From: Candidatus Latescibacterota bacterium
GTDB lineage: Bacteria > Latescibacterota > UBA2968 > GCA-2709665
Direction of reading: 5' to 3'
DNA length: 64,000 bases
Assembly: GCA_965237675.1 (NCBI GenBank)
Contig: OZ250150.1
Span: 288,001-352,000 of the forward strand
In this document: piece after piece, positions 38,995 through 50,113 of the stretch
Position numbering within the stretch: the first letter of the stretch is position 1
Layout: the number at the start of each line of letters is the position of its first letter
Notes under the pieces: model-generated
Told to the model about the DNA's origin: nothing
Seen by the model: only the letters and a program-made list of their open reading frames with translations
The model's database searches: none
Made by a program: the position numbers and the translations under genes

Positions 38995-39326
38995 GGAGTT
39001 TCTTCGCCGGCCGGGCCGAGGTAAAAATCAACGGGCAACAGAAAGAGTCTGCCGACGCCCGGTTGTGTGAAGTCGACACCCGTTTCTCTTAAGAGACGGA
39101 TGAGCGGATCCAGCGCGGAGCGATCCTTAGCGGATGCGATAATTGCGCTCGTACGGCCCGGTCCGGCCTGCAGCAACCCGGCGAAAATGGGCACGTCCTC
39201 GGCCAGGATGCGCTCCATAGCGGTTCCATCCAGAACCGTGGCACCCGTGATTTCCATTTCCACGAGACCGGAGAGGACCTCGTCAAGGAGGTCTTCGCGA
39301 TGGAGTAGGATGAGAAGCAGATACAT
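38991..39326 (-). CDS. PII-like small regulatory protein
   Basis: GATVLDGTAM, PIFAGL, PGVGRLFLLPVD. Confidence 0.6.
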   Translation of the reverse strand: MYLLLILLHREDLLDEVLSGLVEMEITGATVLDGTAMERILAEDVPIFAGLLQAGPGRTSAIIASAKDRSALDPLIRLLRETGVDFTQPGVGRLFLLPVDFYLGPAGEETP

Positions 39327-39345
39327 TGCGATAGCCGGTACGCCA

Positions 39346-39415
39346 GGGAACGGGAATTCGGGATCCGGAAGGGAATCGGCATGCCCTTCCTTCCGGATCC
39401 CGAATTCCCGTTCCC
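39346..39415. repeat. Perfect 27-bp inverted repeat
   Basis: GGGAACGGGAATTCGGGATCCGGAAGG (39346-72) and its exact reverse complement (39389-415), 16-nt loop. Confidence 0.9.
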
Positions 39416-39420
39416 GGTCC

Positions 39421-39879
39421 CTAAAACGGCTCCTGTGTACGGATGAGCTGGATGATTTCTTCGGGAGAGGCGGCCTGGAGGACCTTTCGACGGATGTCCT
39501 CGTGGTCGAAAATGCGGGCGGTGCGACTCAGAACGCTCATGTATGCCGGCAGGGACGCCTCGGAAGAAAGAATAAGGAACACCAGATGTACGGGTTGTCC
39601 GTCCAGGCTCCGAAAGTCGATGCCGGCTCGCGAGATGCCGAGTGCCGCGACCACGCCCTCGATGTCGTCCGTCCGCGCGTGCGGTATCGCCACGTCCTGG
39701 TCCACACCGCTGGTCTTGATGGCCTCCTGCTCCAGAATGAGATTAAGAAGCACATCCGGGTCGGGCAGGTTGACCGACCGGTGGATCAGCGCAATCATCT
39801 CCCGGATGGCCCCGTCCCGATCCGGGCCGGACAGGTTGAGTTCGATTCGGTCTTTGGCCAGCGCATCGCAGAGTTTCAT
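39421..39879 (-). CDS. PTS IIA (Ntr/Fru-type) protein
   Basis: VAIPHAR phospho-His motif, GIDFRSLDGQPVHLVFL. Confidence 0.85.
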   Translation of the reverse strand: MKLCDALAKDRIELNLSGPDRDGAIREMIALIHRSVNLPDPDVLLNLILEQEAIKTSGVDQDVAIPHARTDDIEGVVAALGISRAGIDFRSLDGQPVHLVFLILSSEASLPAYMSVLSRTARIFDHEDIRRKVLQAASPEEIIQLIRTQEPF

Positions 39880-39895
39880 AGAGCCTGTCTCCGAT

Positions 39896-41191
39896 TTACT
39901 GGATTTGGACGGCTGTCTTGCGACCCGGCGGATCCAGGGCTGCAAAGGTAACGTCGTCTTCTCTGTAGAAGGTATGGTTTCGGAAGGCGGCCCGGGTGAG
40001 CGCGCGGGTAAGTGGTTTGCCATCGACCAAGACGGACCGGATGTCGGCATTTGTGAAGCGAAGCGTCAATTCAGGTACGCGTACGGGCAGATCGAGCGTA
40101 ACGGTGTTGTCTTCAACGGTGATGCCGGCCATTTCCCGCATGATGGCGTAGTTGGTGATTTCGCTGCATTTGCGCCATAGGGTGCGTTCTTTGGCCGGGT
40201 CGCGTTCTTTGAGGCGGCGCACAACGGTCTTGAAGGCGTTAAAGCCCCTGCGGTCGGCGTCGTGCAGCCCGTAAAAGCCCTGCCAGTGGCTGATGAGTAC
40301 GGCCGGATCTCCGGCATCGATGAGGGCCGGTAATCGGCCGCCCTGAAGGTCGGCAGTAATGTATTTATCGGGGTTGACTTCTCCGTACCCTGTCCAGGAC
40401 CCGGTCCAGTCGCCTGTGCCGGCGATGATTTCGCCCATCGCCGTGCCGGCGTCGCGGTCGGGGTACCATACGGGGGTTTCCACGGCGCCGTTGGACACGC
40501 GTTTAAACAGGTACGGCGTTGGGTTACCGGTGACACGGCGGCAGGCGGCTTCGGCGCATCTGGCGTAGAAGTCGAGCGGATTTCCGAATCCGCCGGGCGA
40601 CGTCACGCCTGCGGGCGTCAGACCGACGTTTTGGAGAATTTCACAGGCGAGCGCGATGTAGTCCGTAACCAGTTCCTCCCTGTCGGTCGGTAGCTGATCC
40701 CATCCCCACTGTTCCCAGAGGTTGGGGTCCACCGGCCGCAAGGTTTCGAGGTCTACCACAAATGTGTGGGTGATCATCTCGGGGGTGATGTCGTAGTTGG
40801 GCACGATGAGTTCACGGCACATAGCCAGCCAACTTTCCTGCTGGGTTTTGCCGAATAGCGGCAGGCCGTGGTCGATGCGTCCCAGCCCCGCGGGACAGGG
40901 TACGACGCTGAACTTCCCCTTGACGCCTTGTTCAAGGCAGTATTCGGCGAATTCCCGGGTGAAGGACTCAGGGTGGACGACGGGTACGTCCTCCCAGCGG
41001 CGGCGCTGGCCGTCGATGGGGTTCCTGTCCCTCATGAAGAAGTAGTTGAGGTTGACCAGTAGCGTGGAGTCATCGAAGATGATCGACAGGGGTACGCGGT
41101 CCAGGGCGTGGCGGGCAATTTCGACGCGCATCACGGGCTCCGGTGCAAAGGCAGGCCTCTGACTCCGTGAGATTCGTTGTACTGGGTCCAT
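39896..41191 (-). CDS. Conserved hypothetical protein, possibly polysaccharide-deacetylase-like fold
   Basis: IIFDDS, GKFSVVP, PEMITH, GVTSPGGFG, SHWQG; sits inside a co-oriented gene run. Confidence 0.55.
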   Translation of the reverse strand: MDPVQRISRSQRPAFAPEPVMRVEIARHALDRVPLSIIFDDSTLLVNLNYFFMRDRNPIDGQRRRWEDVPVVHPESFTREFAEYCLEQGVKGKFSVVPCPAGLGRIDHGLPLFGKTQQESWLAMCRELIVPNYDITPEMITHTFVVDLETLRPVDPNLWEQWGWDQLPTDREELVTDYIALACEILQNVGLTPAGVTSPGGFGNPLDFYARCAEAACRRVTGNPTPYLFKRVSNGAVETPVWYPDRDAGTAMGEIIAGTGDWTGSWTGYGEVNPDKYITADLQGGRLPALIDAGDPAVLISHWQGFYGLHDADRRGFNAFKTVVRRLKERDPAKERTLWRKCSEITNYAIMREMAGITVEDNTVTLDLPVRVPELTLRFTNADIRSVLVDGKPLTRALTRAAFRNHTFYREDDVTFAALDPPGRKTAVQIQ

Positions 41192-41209
41192 ACGGACTTG
41201 ATCGAAATT

Positions 41210-42325
41210 CTAGTCTGGCAGCGCGGCTTCCAGAACCTGTTTCAGGCGACCGGCGACAATGACATCCTCCCCGTTTTCCATCATGTAGGGCATGACTTCC
41301 ACGCCATTCCCGGTGTGGAATAGCTCGATGCGCGGGTCGGCGTCGGTGAGTTGCCGCCTGGCTTCTTCGGGCGTGATGCGGACGGTTTCCGGATCCCAAC
41401 GGATAGCCAGGACAGGGGCGACGTTGGACCGGCCGGGTTGAAGGACATCCGTCGTCAGGGTCGGTATATGTGCAACCGAGTCTGCGATCGTGTCGAGGCG
41501 GCGCTCCCATTCCTTCCATTCCGCGGCGTGGTCTCGTCGGACCCATTGTTCCACGGCCGCGAGGAGGCCCATCACTTCTTCTTTTCCCGCCTTCATCGGT
41601 CGGGCGAGCGAGTGATGGGGGGCGCCGTTCATAAAGGCGGCGTGGAGGATGTCCGTTCGGCCCAGAACCAGGCCCGACGCCTGGGGACCGCGAAGGCACT
41701 TGCCGCCGCTGTAGGCGACCACGTCGACCCCTTCGGACAGATAGGGATTCGGCACGTCCGGACGTTCCGCGGCTGCGTCGACGAAGGTTGGGACGTTGTG
41801 TTTCCGGGCAATGGAGACGATGTCGGGTACGGAGACGGTGCCCCGGTCGGCCGCGTCGCCGAAGATGGCGATCATGGCGGTCGATTCGTCGATGAAAGCG
41901 TCCATCTCTTGAGGGGTTTCGACCTCGACGATTTCCACGCCGACCATGCGGATGGCGTGGTCATAGACGTGCCGGTGGGAAGGCTGCGTGACAACCCGGT
42001 TTTTCATGCCCGACGTATCGGGCAGGCGTTTCATCCTTGCCGGATCCAGGCCCGCAACGCAGGCCGCGGTGACCTGGCATAAGGCCGCGGCGCAACCGCT
42101 GGTGACAATGCCCCATTCGCATTCCATAAGTTCCGCGATCCGGGCGCCGACCCTTTCCATCAGTTCGTCCAGATGCACGTACGCTTTTGAGGCTTCCTGT
42201 ACGGCCTGACGGACTTCCGGCAACATCAAGGAGCCGGAAATGATGGTGTAGGTTCCCATGCAATTGATCAGTGGACGAACCCCGATGGACTCGTACGTGG
42301 CGCTGGTCGGAGACGACGTGGACAT
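41210..42325 (-). CDS. SelA/DgaE-like PLP-dependent enzyme (second paralog)
   Basis: GVRPLINCMGT, VDAAAE, YSGGKCLRGPQ, RPMKAGKEE. Confidence 0.78.
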   Translation of the reverse strand: MSTSSPTSATYESIGVRPLINCMGTYTIISGSLMLPEVRQAVQEASKAYVHLDELMERVGARIAELMECEWGIVTSGCAAALCQVTAACVAGLDPARMKRLPDTSGMKNRVVTQPSHRHVYDHAIRMVGVEIVEVETPQEMDAFIDESTAMIAIFGDAADRGTVSVPDIVSIARKHNVPTFVDAAAERPDVPNPYLSEGVDVVAYSGGKCLRGPQASGLVLGRTDILHAAFMNGAPHHSLARPMKAGKEEVMGLLAAVEQWVRRDHAAEWKEWERRLDTIADSVAHIPTLTTDVLQPGRSNVAPVLAIRWDPETVRITPEEARRQLTDADPRIELFHTGNGVEVMPYMMENGEDVIVAGRLKQVLEAALPD

Positions 42326-42853
42326 GGGCAGTATCCCGCGGGAGAAGGATTGAGAGACAACGCAGCGTTCGTTCCGGCTCGGGTCTCTCCCGACCGGCTT
42401 CGGTCGCGCCGGGCGACCGATATCAAGAGTCTACAACATGCCTGTCGGGATTGCAAGTCCCATGTTGCCAGGATTCCCCTTGACCCTCGGGGTGCGCGCC
42501 GGGGGGCGTTGCAACGGCGCGGATATATGGAAATATTGATCAATATTGATAATATATATGACAGTTGTTACGCGCCGGCGAAGCCAATGTTAAGAATCGG
42601 ACCGGATTCGATGAACATCGGGTAGTCTCGCGGTGGGCAGCCAGCGGGATTCGAACGGGTGCACGGACCCGTCACGATAGTTCGGAGGGGGTTGGCCCGC
42701 AGGATCGGACACCGTTTGCGCGGCCGACGGCGGGTATACGCAAAATGGAATCCGGCGGTGGCGCGGTACCTGATGGCGGCACGTGAAAAAGGCGAGGGCA
42801 GCCGCACCGGGGATCATTTAAGGAATCTCATAGGCCCGATGATAGGCCGCCCT

Positions 42854-43190
42854 GTCATTCTGAGCGGAGTCGAAGAATCTCCCGTCTGTTTCGATTGTCC
42901 CTAACGCAAGAGCGCAGTAAACGCATTTGCACGGAGACATCGTCGGCATCGAGGCAGGCAGGAATGGCCGCCCCACCGTCTCATACGCTTCCTCACAGTG
43001 CAGGCCCACAAGGGACGCCCCTACACACGCAATGGGGCGTGATGTGCATGCGCTGCCTGAAAGGTCCGGCGGGCGCGTCGTCACACGGGCGGCATGTGCT
43101 GTCTGGCAGAACGGACCGGCGCGCGGGAACGGCGGGTGTGTCGCGAAATGCGTCGCTACTGTCGCGTTTTGCGACAGCTGGAGGGCCATA
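42854..43190. repeat. REP-rich spacer with terminator-like hairpin
   Basis: GTCATTCTGAGCGGAGTCGAAGAATCT, GGCAGGCAGGAATG.., GCCCACAAGGGACGCCCCTAC, CTGTCGC-GTTTT-GCGACAG; 42945-43190 mirrors 55692-55943. Confidence 0.8.
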
Positions 43191-45292
43191 TTACGCACCT
43201 TTGCCGAAAGCGCCGGCGAAGATGAGAAAGTCCGAAAACCCCACCTCCCCGTCCCCGTCCAGGTCAAAGCGCTGGTCATACCCGGCCTGCCCACGGCTGA
43301 ACCCGATCTTTGCGGCGAATCTCACGAAGTCGCCAAAGCCCACCTCCCCGTCGCCGTCCCAGTCCGGGACGCGGGGTCGGGGCGTGGTGAACGAAGCCGT
43401 ATCCCACAACTCGATCCAGGTTACGGTAGCGGCAGCCAACGTGCGGCCGTCGGGAGAAAACGCAATGGAGCACAGAGAGCCTGGATAGCTATACTTCTCC
43501 ACGACTTCTTCGCTGAGCACGTCCCACAGTTCGATCGTTCCAATTTGCGATACGACTGCCAGTTTCCCGCCGACGGGAGAAAACGCCAGGTACGAACCGC
43601 CGCGCGCGCGCGCCCTTGTGAGCACGGCAACCTCGTTCCACGCCGCCGTGTCCCACAGCCTGACGGTTCTGCCGACCCCCCCCCCCCCCCCCCCGCCGCC
43701 AGGAGACCGCCGTCCAGAGAAAACGCCACAGACCGCACCGTACCAGTATGCCTAAGCACGGCGACCTCTCGCCGCGCGGCCAAGTCCCACACCCTGATGG
43801 TCCTGTCGTACCCCGCCGATGCCAGGACGACGGCGGCCGGAGAAAACGCCACCGAATTGATTATTCCCGTATGCCCTTCCAGCGTGCCCGCCATCTCCCC
43901 CGTCGCCACGTCCCACAGCGCGATATAGCTTTCTCGAATCCTCGCCCCGGCGGCCAGCAGCGACCCGTCGGGAGAGAACGCCACCGATTTAACGAAATCA
44001 TCCCGACCGCTATGGTCCAGGACGGCGATCGCTTCATAGGTCTTCGTATCCCATAGCCTGACGGTCCTGTCAGACGATCCCGATGCCAGCATCGTACCGT
44101 CCGGGGATATCGCCAACACGGGAACGTAGCCCGTATGCCCTTCCAGCGTCGCCAGATGATACGGCGACTCCTGTGCGAAGCCAAAACCCTCGTAGCTTTC
44201 GTCGCCGCGCCTGTCCACCGCCCGGAATCCCACGTAATGGGACACACCATCCGACAGCGTTGTAGACCTCCCCGGCAGAACGCCGTCATACTCGTACTCG
44301 ATCTCCACGTCCTGTTCGCCCGACAGGGCGCGGCATTCCAGGATTTCCGAGGAAAAAATCGACCCTGGCGTGGGCGCCGTCGCGACCAACTGAAGCAAGC
44401 CGTGCGGCGCCGTGATCCTGAGACGGATGGTAATGCTTTCCGACCCCGCAGCATACCTCCTCAACGGCGACAGCAGTTCGATCGTGGGACGTGACCCCCC
44501 AAAGGAATAGAGGGGGATGTCCGGGTTGATGTAGGGACCCACCGACAGTCTTGCCGCACTGCAGGCCGATATTCGACTGCGGACGCGGCCTATCGACATG
44601 ATATAGGCGCCGTCGCGATAGTCGTGCCACCCCACCCCGAAGGCATGGCCCAGTTCGTGCAAGCCTGTGGAAATTCTGAAACCGCCGGGAACCATCACCA
44701 GGTGATAACTCTTACCACCGGCAGCGATTGCCCCTAATCGCCTGTTGCGAGTATATCCGATCGTGTCTCCTTCACGGTTGTCGATCACGATGAAGAGCAC
44801 GACAGTCTCCGGATCGAACACCTGATGAACCTCACTACCCACCAGGGAATACGTGTAGTGGTGATAATATCCGTCGCCGTGTTCGCCGTCCAGGCGGTGC
44901 ACCACAGGGTCGCCGTCCCCATCCGCCTCATAACGGAACGTCATATACCCATACCCGTGCGCGGCCAGCTGCTCGCCATACCACGCCTGCATCCCACGCA
45001 TCCTCGCCTTCATCGTATCCACCACCGACTGGCGATACGGGCGGTCGTTCGGCAGAAAGTAGATCATGCGCACCGTCCGCGACTCCCCCGCGTTCAACTC
45101 CGCCGTACGCTTGCCCGAAACATGCGCGTCCTCACGCCGCAATGCCTCCTCCTCCAGCACCACGCAGTGAAGCACGCTGTCAGACGGCGCGGGCGACGTC
45201 GCGGAGACCACGGTAGATACGCATTGCCACGTCATTATGCATACCGATGTCGTGAGCAGTGCACGCAATAGATGAACAGCCCTTCTGTTCAT
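43191..45292 (-). CDS. Secreted zincin metalloprotease-WD40-dockerin-like protein A, frameshifted at G19 (43676-43694)
   Basis: Signal peptide, RTVRMIYFLPNDRP, HELGHAFGVGWHD..YIMS, WD40 repeats; ORFs 43421-45292 and 43191-43625 join with +1 G (~700 aa). Confidence 0.8.
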
Positions 45293-45496
45293 GATCCAAT
45301 CACCTCCATCAGGATGGCGACCCCTTCGCCGGCCGCGGGTATCGGCTTTCCCACAACGACGTCGAGAAGGGCAGAGCGGTGCAGGCAGACAGGAATGTCT
45401 GCCCCACCTTCACATACGCCTTCGTGACCGTGTATGCGAGGCATTGACGCACCCCCCAACGCATCAGCCGCCGCCTGTCCTTCGGGTTATCTGACG

Positions 45497-45716
45497 TTAA
45501 CCCCCAGAATCACCCCCGCTGCCCGATGTATTCCCGCTGCCGCTGTTAGACGACGCGTCGCTTTCGATGTGCCGCGTCAGGATCACCATATCCGCCATAT
45601 TGATGACCCCGTCTTTGTTCAGGTCCATCCTCCGGTCATACCCTCCATCCGACCTGCCGAGCCCCATCTTCTTGTTGAACAGCTTTGCATCGGCGGCATC
45701 GCGCGTGCCGTCGCCG
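45497..45716 (-). pseudogene. 3' remnant of a paralog of the giant Fn3/Ig gene
   Basis: GDGTRDAADAKLFNKKMGLGRSDGGYDRRMDLNKDGVINMADMVILTRHIESDASS...stop. Confidence 0.8.
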
Positions 45717-45726
45717 AGGATGGAGA

Positions 45727-46752
45727 CCCTTCCCCCGGCCCCTCCCCGACGCGGGGAGGGGAAAGGAGGTGGTGCCCGCCGTGCCGCGTGTCAGGTCGGT
45801 AGACGTGCAAGTCGCGCAGGGGTGAACCGATGCCGCAGTAGATCCTTCGTCAGCCTGGCGCCTGCCTGTGCCGGGCACGGCAGACAGGGCTTCCTCAGGA
45901 TGACAGTTTGTGCCGACACCTGACAGACAGGTTTCGCCAAGGGTTATTGCAAAACATGTCATTCTGAGCGGAGTCGAAGAATCTCCCGTCTTTTCGATTG
46001 TGCTTAACGCAAGAGCGCAGTAAACACATCTGCGCGGAGATATCGTCAGTCTTCCGGTTTCCTCGGCACGACAGTGCGGGCACAGGCGGGACAAGCTTTC
46101 TTTCCGTCGCCGTTCCCATGCCAGGAATTGAGGCGGGCAGACAGGAATGTCTGCCCCACCTTCACACCCGCTTCCTCACAGTATAAACCCACATGGGCAG
46201 GCAACGCCTTGCGGATGACGAAAGGCCAACCGGTATTCCGAGCGCAGGCGAAGATTCTCTCGTCAGTTTCGTTCTGCGCAGGAGGCGGACGTGCCGCGTG
46301 TCAGGTCGGTAGACGTGCAAGTCGCGCAGGGGTGAACCGATGCCGCAGTAGATCCTTCGTCAGCCTGGCGCCTGCCTGTGCCGGGCACGGCAGACAGGGC
46401 TTCCTCAGGATGACAGTTTGTGCCGACACCTGACAGACAGGTTTCGCCAATGGTTATTGCAAAACATGTCATTCTGAGCGGAGTCGAAGAATCTCCCGTC
46501 TTCTTGATTGTCCCTGACGAAAGCGCGCAGTAAACACATCTGCGCGGAGATATCGTCAGTCTTCCGGTTTCCTCGGCACGACAGTGCGGGCACAGGCGGG
46601 ACAAGCTTTCTTTCCGTCGCCGTTCCCATGCCAGGAATTGAGGCGGGCAGACAGGAATGTCTGCCCCACCTTCACACGCGCTTCTTCACAGTGCGGGCGC
46701 CTGCCTGCGCAGCGTACTGCGCTGCAGGCAGGCCCACAAGGGACGCCCCTAC
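45727..46752. repeat. Composite REP cluster with a ~510-bp tandem unit
   Basis: 45780-46289 repeated from 46290; contains several distinct palindrome classes; further copy at ~55190-55690. Confidence 0.9.
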
Positions 46753-46820
46753 ACACGAATCAGCCTGCACGCCATCGTCAGCTGTTCTTCCGCCTCGTCG
46801 CCACAGCGATCGTGTCACGC

Positions 46821-49072
46821 CTACGTGTTTGCGCCGAAAGCGCCGGCGAAGATCAGAAAGTCCGAGAACCCCACCTCGCCGTCCTTGTCCAGGTCGTAGC
46901 GCGGATCGTATCCGGCCTTGCCGCGGCTGTATCCGAACTTCGCCGCGAACTTCACGAAGTCGCCAAAACCCACCTCCCCGTCGCCGTCCCAGTCCGGGAT
47001 CCTGGATCCAGGGCTGGTGTGCGGTGACGTGTCCCACAATTCGATGCGGCCCCCGAACAGGGCCCCGAACAGCGTGCGGCCGTCGGGAGAAAACGCAATA
47101 GAACTGTGCCCGCCTGGATGGTTATACTGCGCCACGACTTCTTCGCTGAGCACGTCCCACAGTTCGATCGTTCCAATTTGCGATACGACTGCCAGTTTCC
47201 CGCCGACGGGAGAAAACGCCAAGTGCGAACCGCCGTGCGCGCGCGCCCTTGTGAGCACGGCAACCTCGTTCCACGCCGCCGTGTCCCACAGCCTGACGGT
47301 TCTGCCGACCCCCCCCCCCCCGCCGCCAGGAGGCTGCCGTCGGGAGAAAACGCCACCGATTCGATCGTTCCCGTATGCCCTTCCAGCACGGCGACCTCTC
47401 GCCGCGCGGCCAAGTCCCACACCCTGATGGTCCTGTCGTACCCCGCCGATGCCAGGACGCCGGCGGCCGGAGAAAACGCCACCGAATTGATTATTCCCGT
47501 ATGCCCTTCCAGCACGGCGACCTCTTCACGCCGCGCCACGTCCCACACCCTGACGGTGCTGTCGAACCCCGCCGATGCCAGGAGGCTGCCGTCGGGAGAA
47601 AACGCCACCGAATTGATCGTTCCCGTATGCCCTTCCAGCACGGCGACCTCTTCACGCCGCGCCACGTCCCACAGCTTCACGGTATCATCCGTTACCCCCG
47701 CCGACGCCAGGAGACCCCCGTCGGGAGAAAACGCCACCGATTTGACGTATTGCGCATCCCCTAACAGCGAGGCCACCTCTTCCCGCCGCGCCAGGTCCCA
47801 CAACCTGACGTAACCGGCTTGCCCCCGCATCGACAGGGTGTAACTGTCTTGCGTGCCCGCCGCCAGCAGGTCACCCAACGGAGAGATCGCGATACCGTAG
47901 ATGAATTTCGTCTCCACCGTCAGCGTCGCCACGTGATGCGGCGAGGCTTGTGCGATTATGAGACCTTCCGAAGACCCGTTACCTTGCGTATCGACGGTTT
48001 TAGCCGGCAACTGGTGCGAGGTGGGATTCGAAAGACTCGAATGGGCCATCGACGGGATCGCGCCGTCATACTCGAACGACACCACGGCTTCCGTCTCTCC
48101 CGCCACGTCGCGGCACGCCTTCACTTCAGGTGTCAGAGAGCGGCTCAGAGGATGGCCGGTCCACTGGATCACCTGGTGGACGCCGTCGGGGTCGGCCACG
48201 CGCCACGACACCGTGAAGCGCTCGGTGCCGGGAGCATACCAGACCGTCGGGCCCGCGAATTCGATGGTCGGCGCCGACGTCCGGTCTATTCCCAGGGGAA
48301 TCTCAGGGTTGAGGAGGGGTGTCACCGCCAGATACCGCGCCGAGCACGCCGACAGCCGGGTGCGCAAACCGAAGCCATACGACAGGATGTAGGTGTCGTC
48401 ACGGAAATCGTGCCACATCAACCCGAAGGCGTGCGCCAGCTCGTGGGCGGCAACGAAGAAACTGAAGCCGCCTCCAACCTTCGCTTGACCTCCATCTTTT
48501 CCGCCGCTTGCCATTCCGGCATACCTCTGGCCTCCCGGCTCGTGCAGCAGTCCGGTGCTGGTGTCCACCACGATGAAGTCAACCACATTCTTCACGTCAA
48601 AGCGCCGATATAACTCCCGCTGCATCTTAATCGACGTCTCCTCGAGATAATAGGCGTCGCCGTGGTCGCCGTCCACCCGGCGCACCACCGGGGCGCCGGC
48701 AGCGTCCGCCTCATACCGGAACGTCATGGGTCCATACCCGTGCGCCGCCATCTGCTGTCCGAAGAACGCCTGCAGACGACGCATCGTCGTCTTCATCGAG
48801 TCCACCATCTCCTGCCGAAAAGGGCGGTCGTTCGGCAGAAAGTAGAACATACGCACCGTCCGCGGCTCCCCCGCGATGAGTTCCGCCGCGCGCTTGCCCG
48901 CACCCACGGCGTGCTCACGCAGCCACGCCTCGTGGTCCATCACACCGCAGAATTCCACGTTATCGGCGCGCGCGGACGAGCCGGAGCCCGCACCCGGCAG
49001 GCACAACAGCAAAAGCCAGCACGCCGCCAGCCAAATCCTTGCCGGCAAACGAGGTACAAAGCGTCTCTTCAT
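46821..49072 (-). CDS. Secreted zincin-WD40-dockerin-like protein B, frameshifted at G13 (47309-47321)
   Basis: HELAHAFGLMWHD..YILS; near-identical 126-nt WD40 units; ORFs 46952-49072 and 46821-47420 join with +1 G (~750 aa). Confidence 0.8.
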
Positions 49073-49093
49073 ATCGCCATCACTCCTTTCGCG

Positions 49094-49219
49094 TCAATAC
49101 CCTGAACCACCCGAATCACCCGTTCCGCCGCCGCCCTTCTTCTTCGCATCTTCCTCTATATACCCGGTCAATATCACGAAATCCGCATAGTTGATCGTCC
49201 CGTCGCCGTTCAGGTCCAT
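49094..49219 (-). pseudogene. 3' remnant of another giant-gene paralog
   Basis: MDLNGDGTINYADFVILTGYIEEDAKKKGGGGTGDSGGSGY-stop. Confidence 0.75.
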
Positions 49220-49338
49220 CAACCGTACCGAAAACTGCCAGTTTGCTGCACATGATCGCACGTTGTCAGCTCAGAAACATCCCTTCGCGCTCATTAGGGG
49301 TGTCCCTTGTGCGCGCACGGGCACTATTGAGCGGGTTT

Positions 49339-50000
49339 GCGAGGCGTCGACGCCCCCCACCGCATCAGCCGTCGCCGGAAGGCTCGGCTTTTGCGACTCC
49401 CCCTCAAGGGGGGAGTGATTAAACCGTAGAACCGGCTACCGCCTATGCGGCTGCCTTGGATGCAGGGAACCGTAGCTTGACAGGGTGGAGCGGACATTCC
49501 TGTCTGCTCACGTACATCAAACCCAAACCGTTCATACCTCGTTCGGAAACGCCACGACTCACGGGCGTCACAGGGCCATTCCGGCTCGACGCTTCCGGTA
49601 ATCGCGCTGTGCACCACAAAAAAAGTATTCGCGCTTTGTCCGCACCATCGCGGAAATCCCGGCAAAAGCCGGATCGCACGCCACGTGTATTGGCTGTGTC
49701 GAATCGGCACAAGCCTTGCTTCTGTCTCCATGCTGGCAGAACGACATCGAGGCGGGCAGACAGGAATGTCTGCCCCACCTTCACACACGCTTCCTCACAG
49801 TACGCGCGCGGGTATGACCGACGTGTTGCGCCAATGGTTGTTGCAGAGAATGTCATTCTGAGCGAAGTCGAAGCATCTCCCGTCTTTTCGATTGTGCTTA
49901 ACGCAAGAGCGCAGTAAACACATCTGCGCGGACACATCGACGGCATCGAGGCAGGCAGACAGGAATGTCTGCCCCACCTTCACACACCCTTCCTCACAGT
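49339..50000. repeat. REP-rich spacer
   Basis: ACTCCCCCTCAAGGGGGGAGTGA; inverted pair 49484-49509 / 49755-49779; GTCATTCTGAGCGAAG at 49852; further copy at 49954. Confidence 0.8.
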
Positions 50001-50113
50001 GCGGGCGCGCGTGTCACGTTGACGACGTGTTTGTGCCGAAGGCATCAGCGAAGATGAGAAAGTCGGAGAATCCCACGCTGCCGTTGCCGTTCAGCCTTCG
50101 TCGTCGTCCCGAC

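Noticed and set aside
42630-42690. tRNA or tRNA-Sec (GTTCGAATCCC on the minus strand)
   Set aside because: The T-stem does not pair and no cloverleaf can be built.
45291-46820. Short ORFs in the spacers (also 49191-50000, 54750-55940)
   Set aside because: Translations of REP composites with no protein-like features, apart from the noted remnants.
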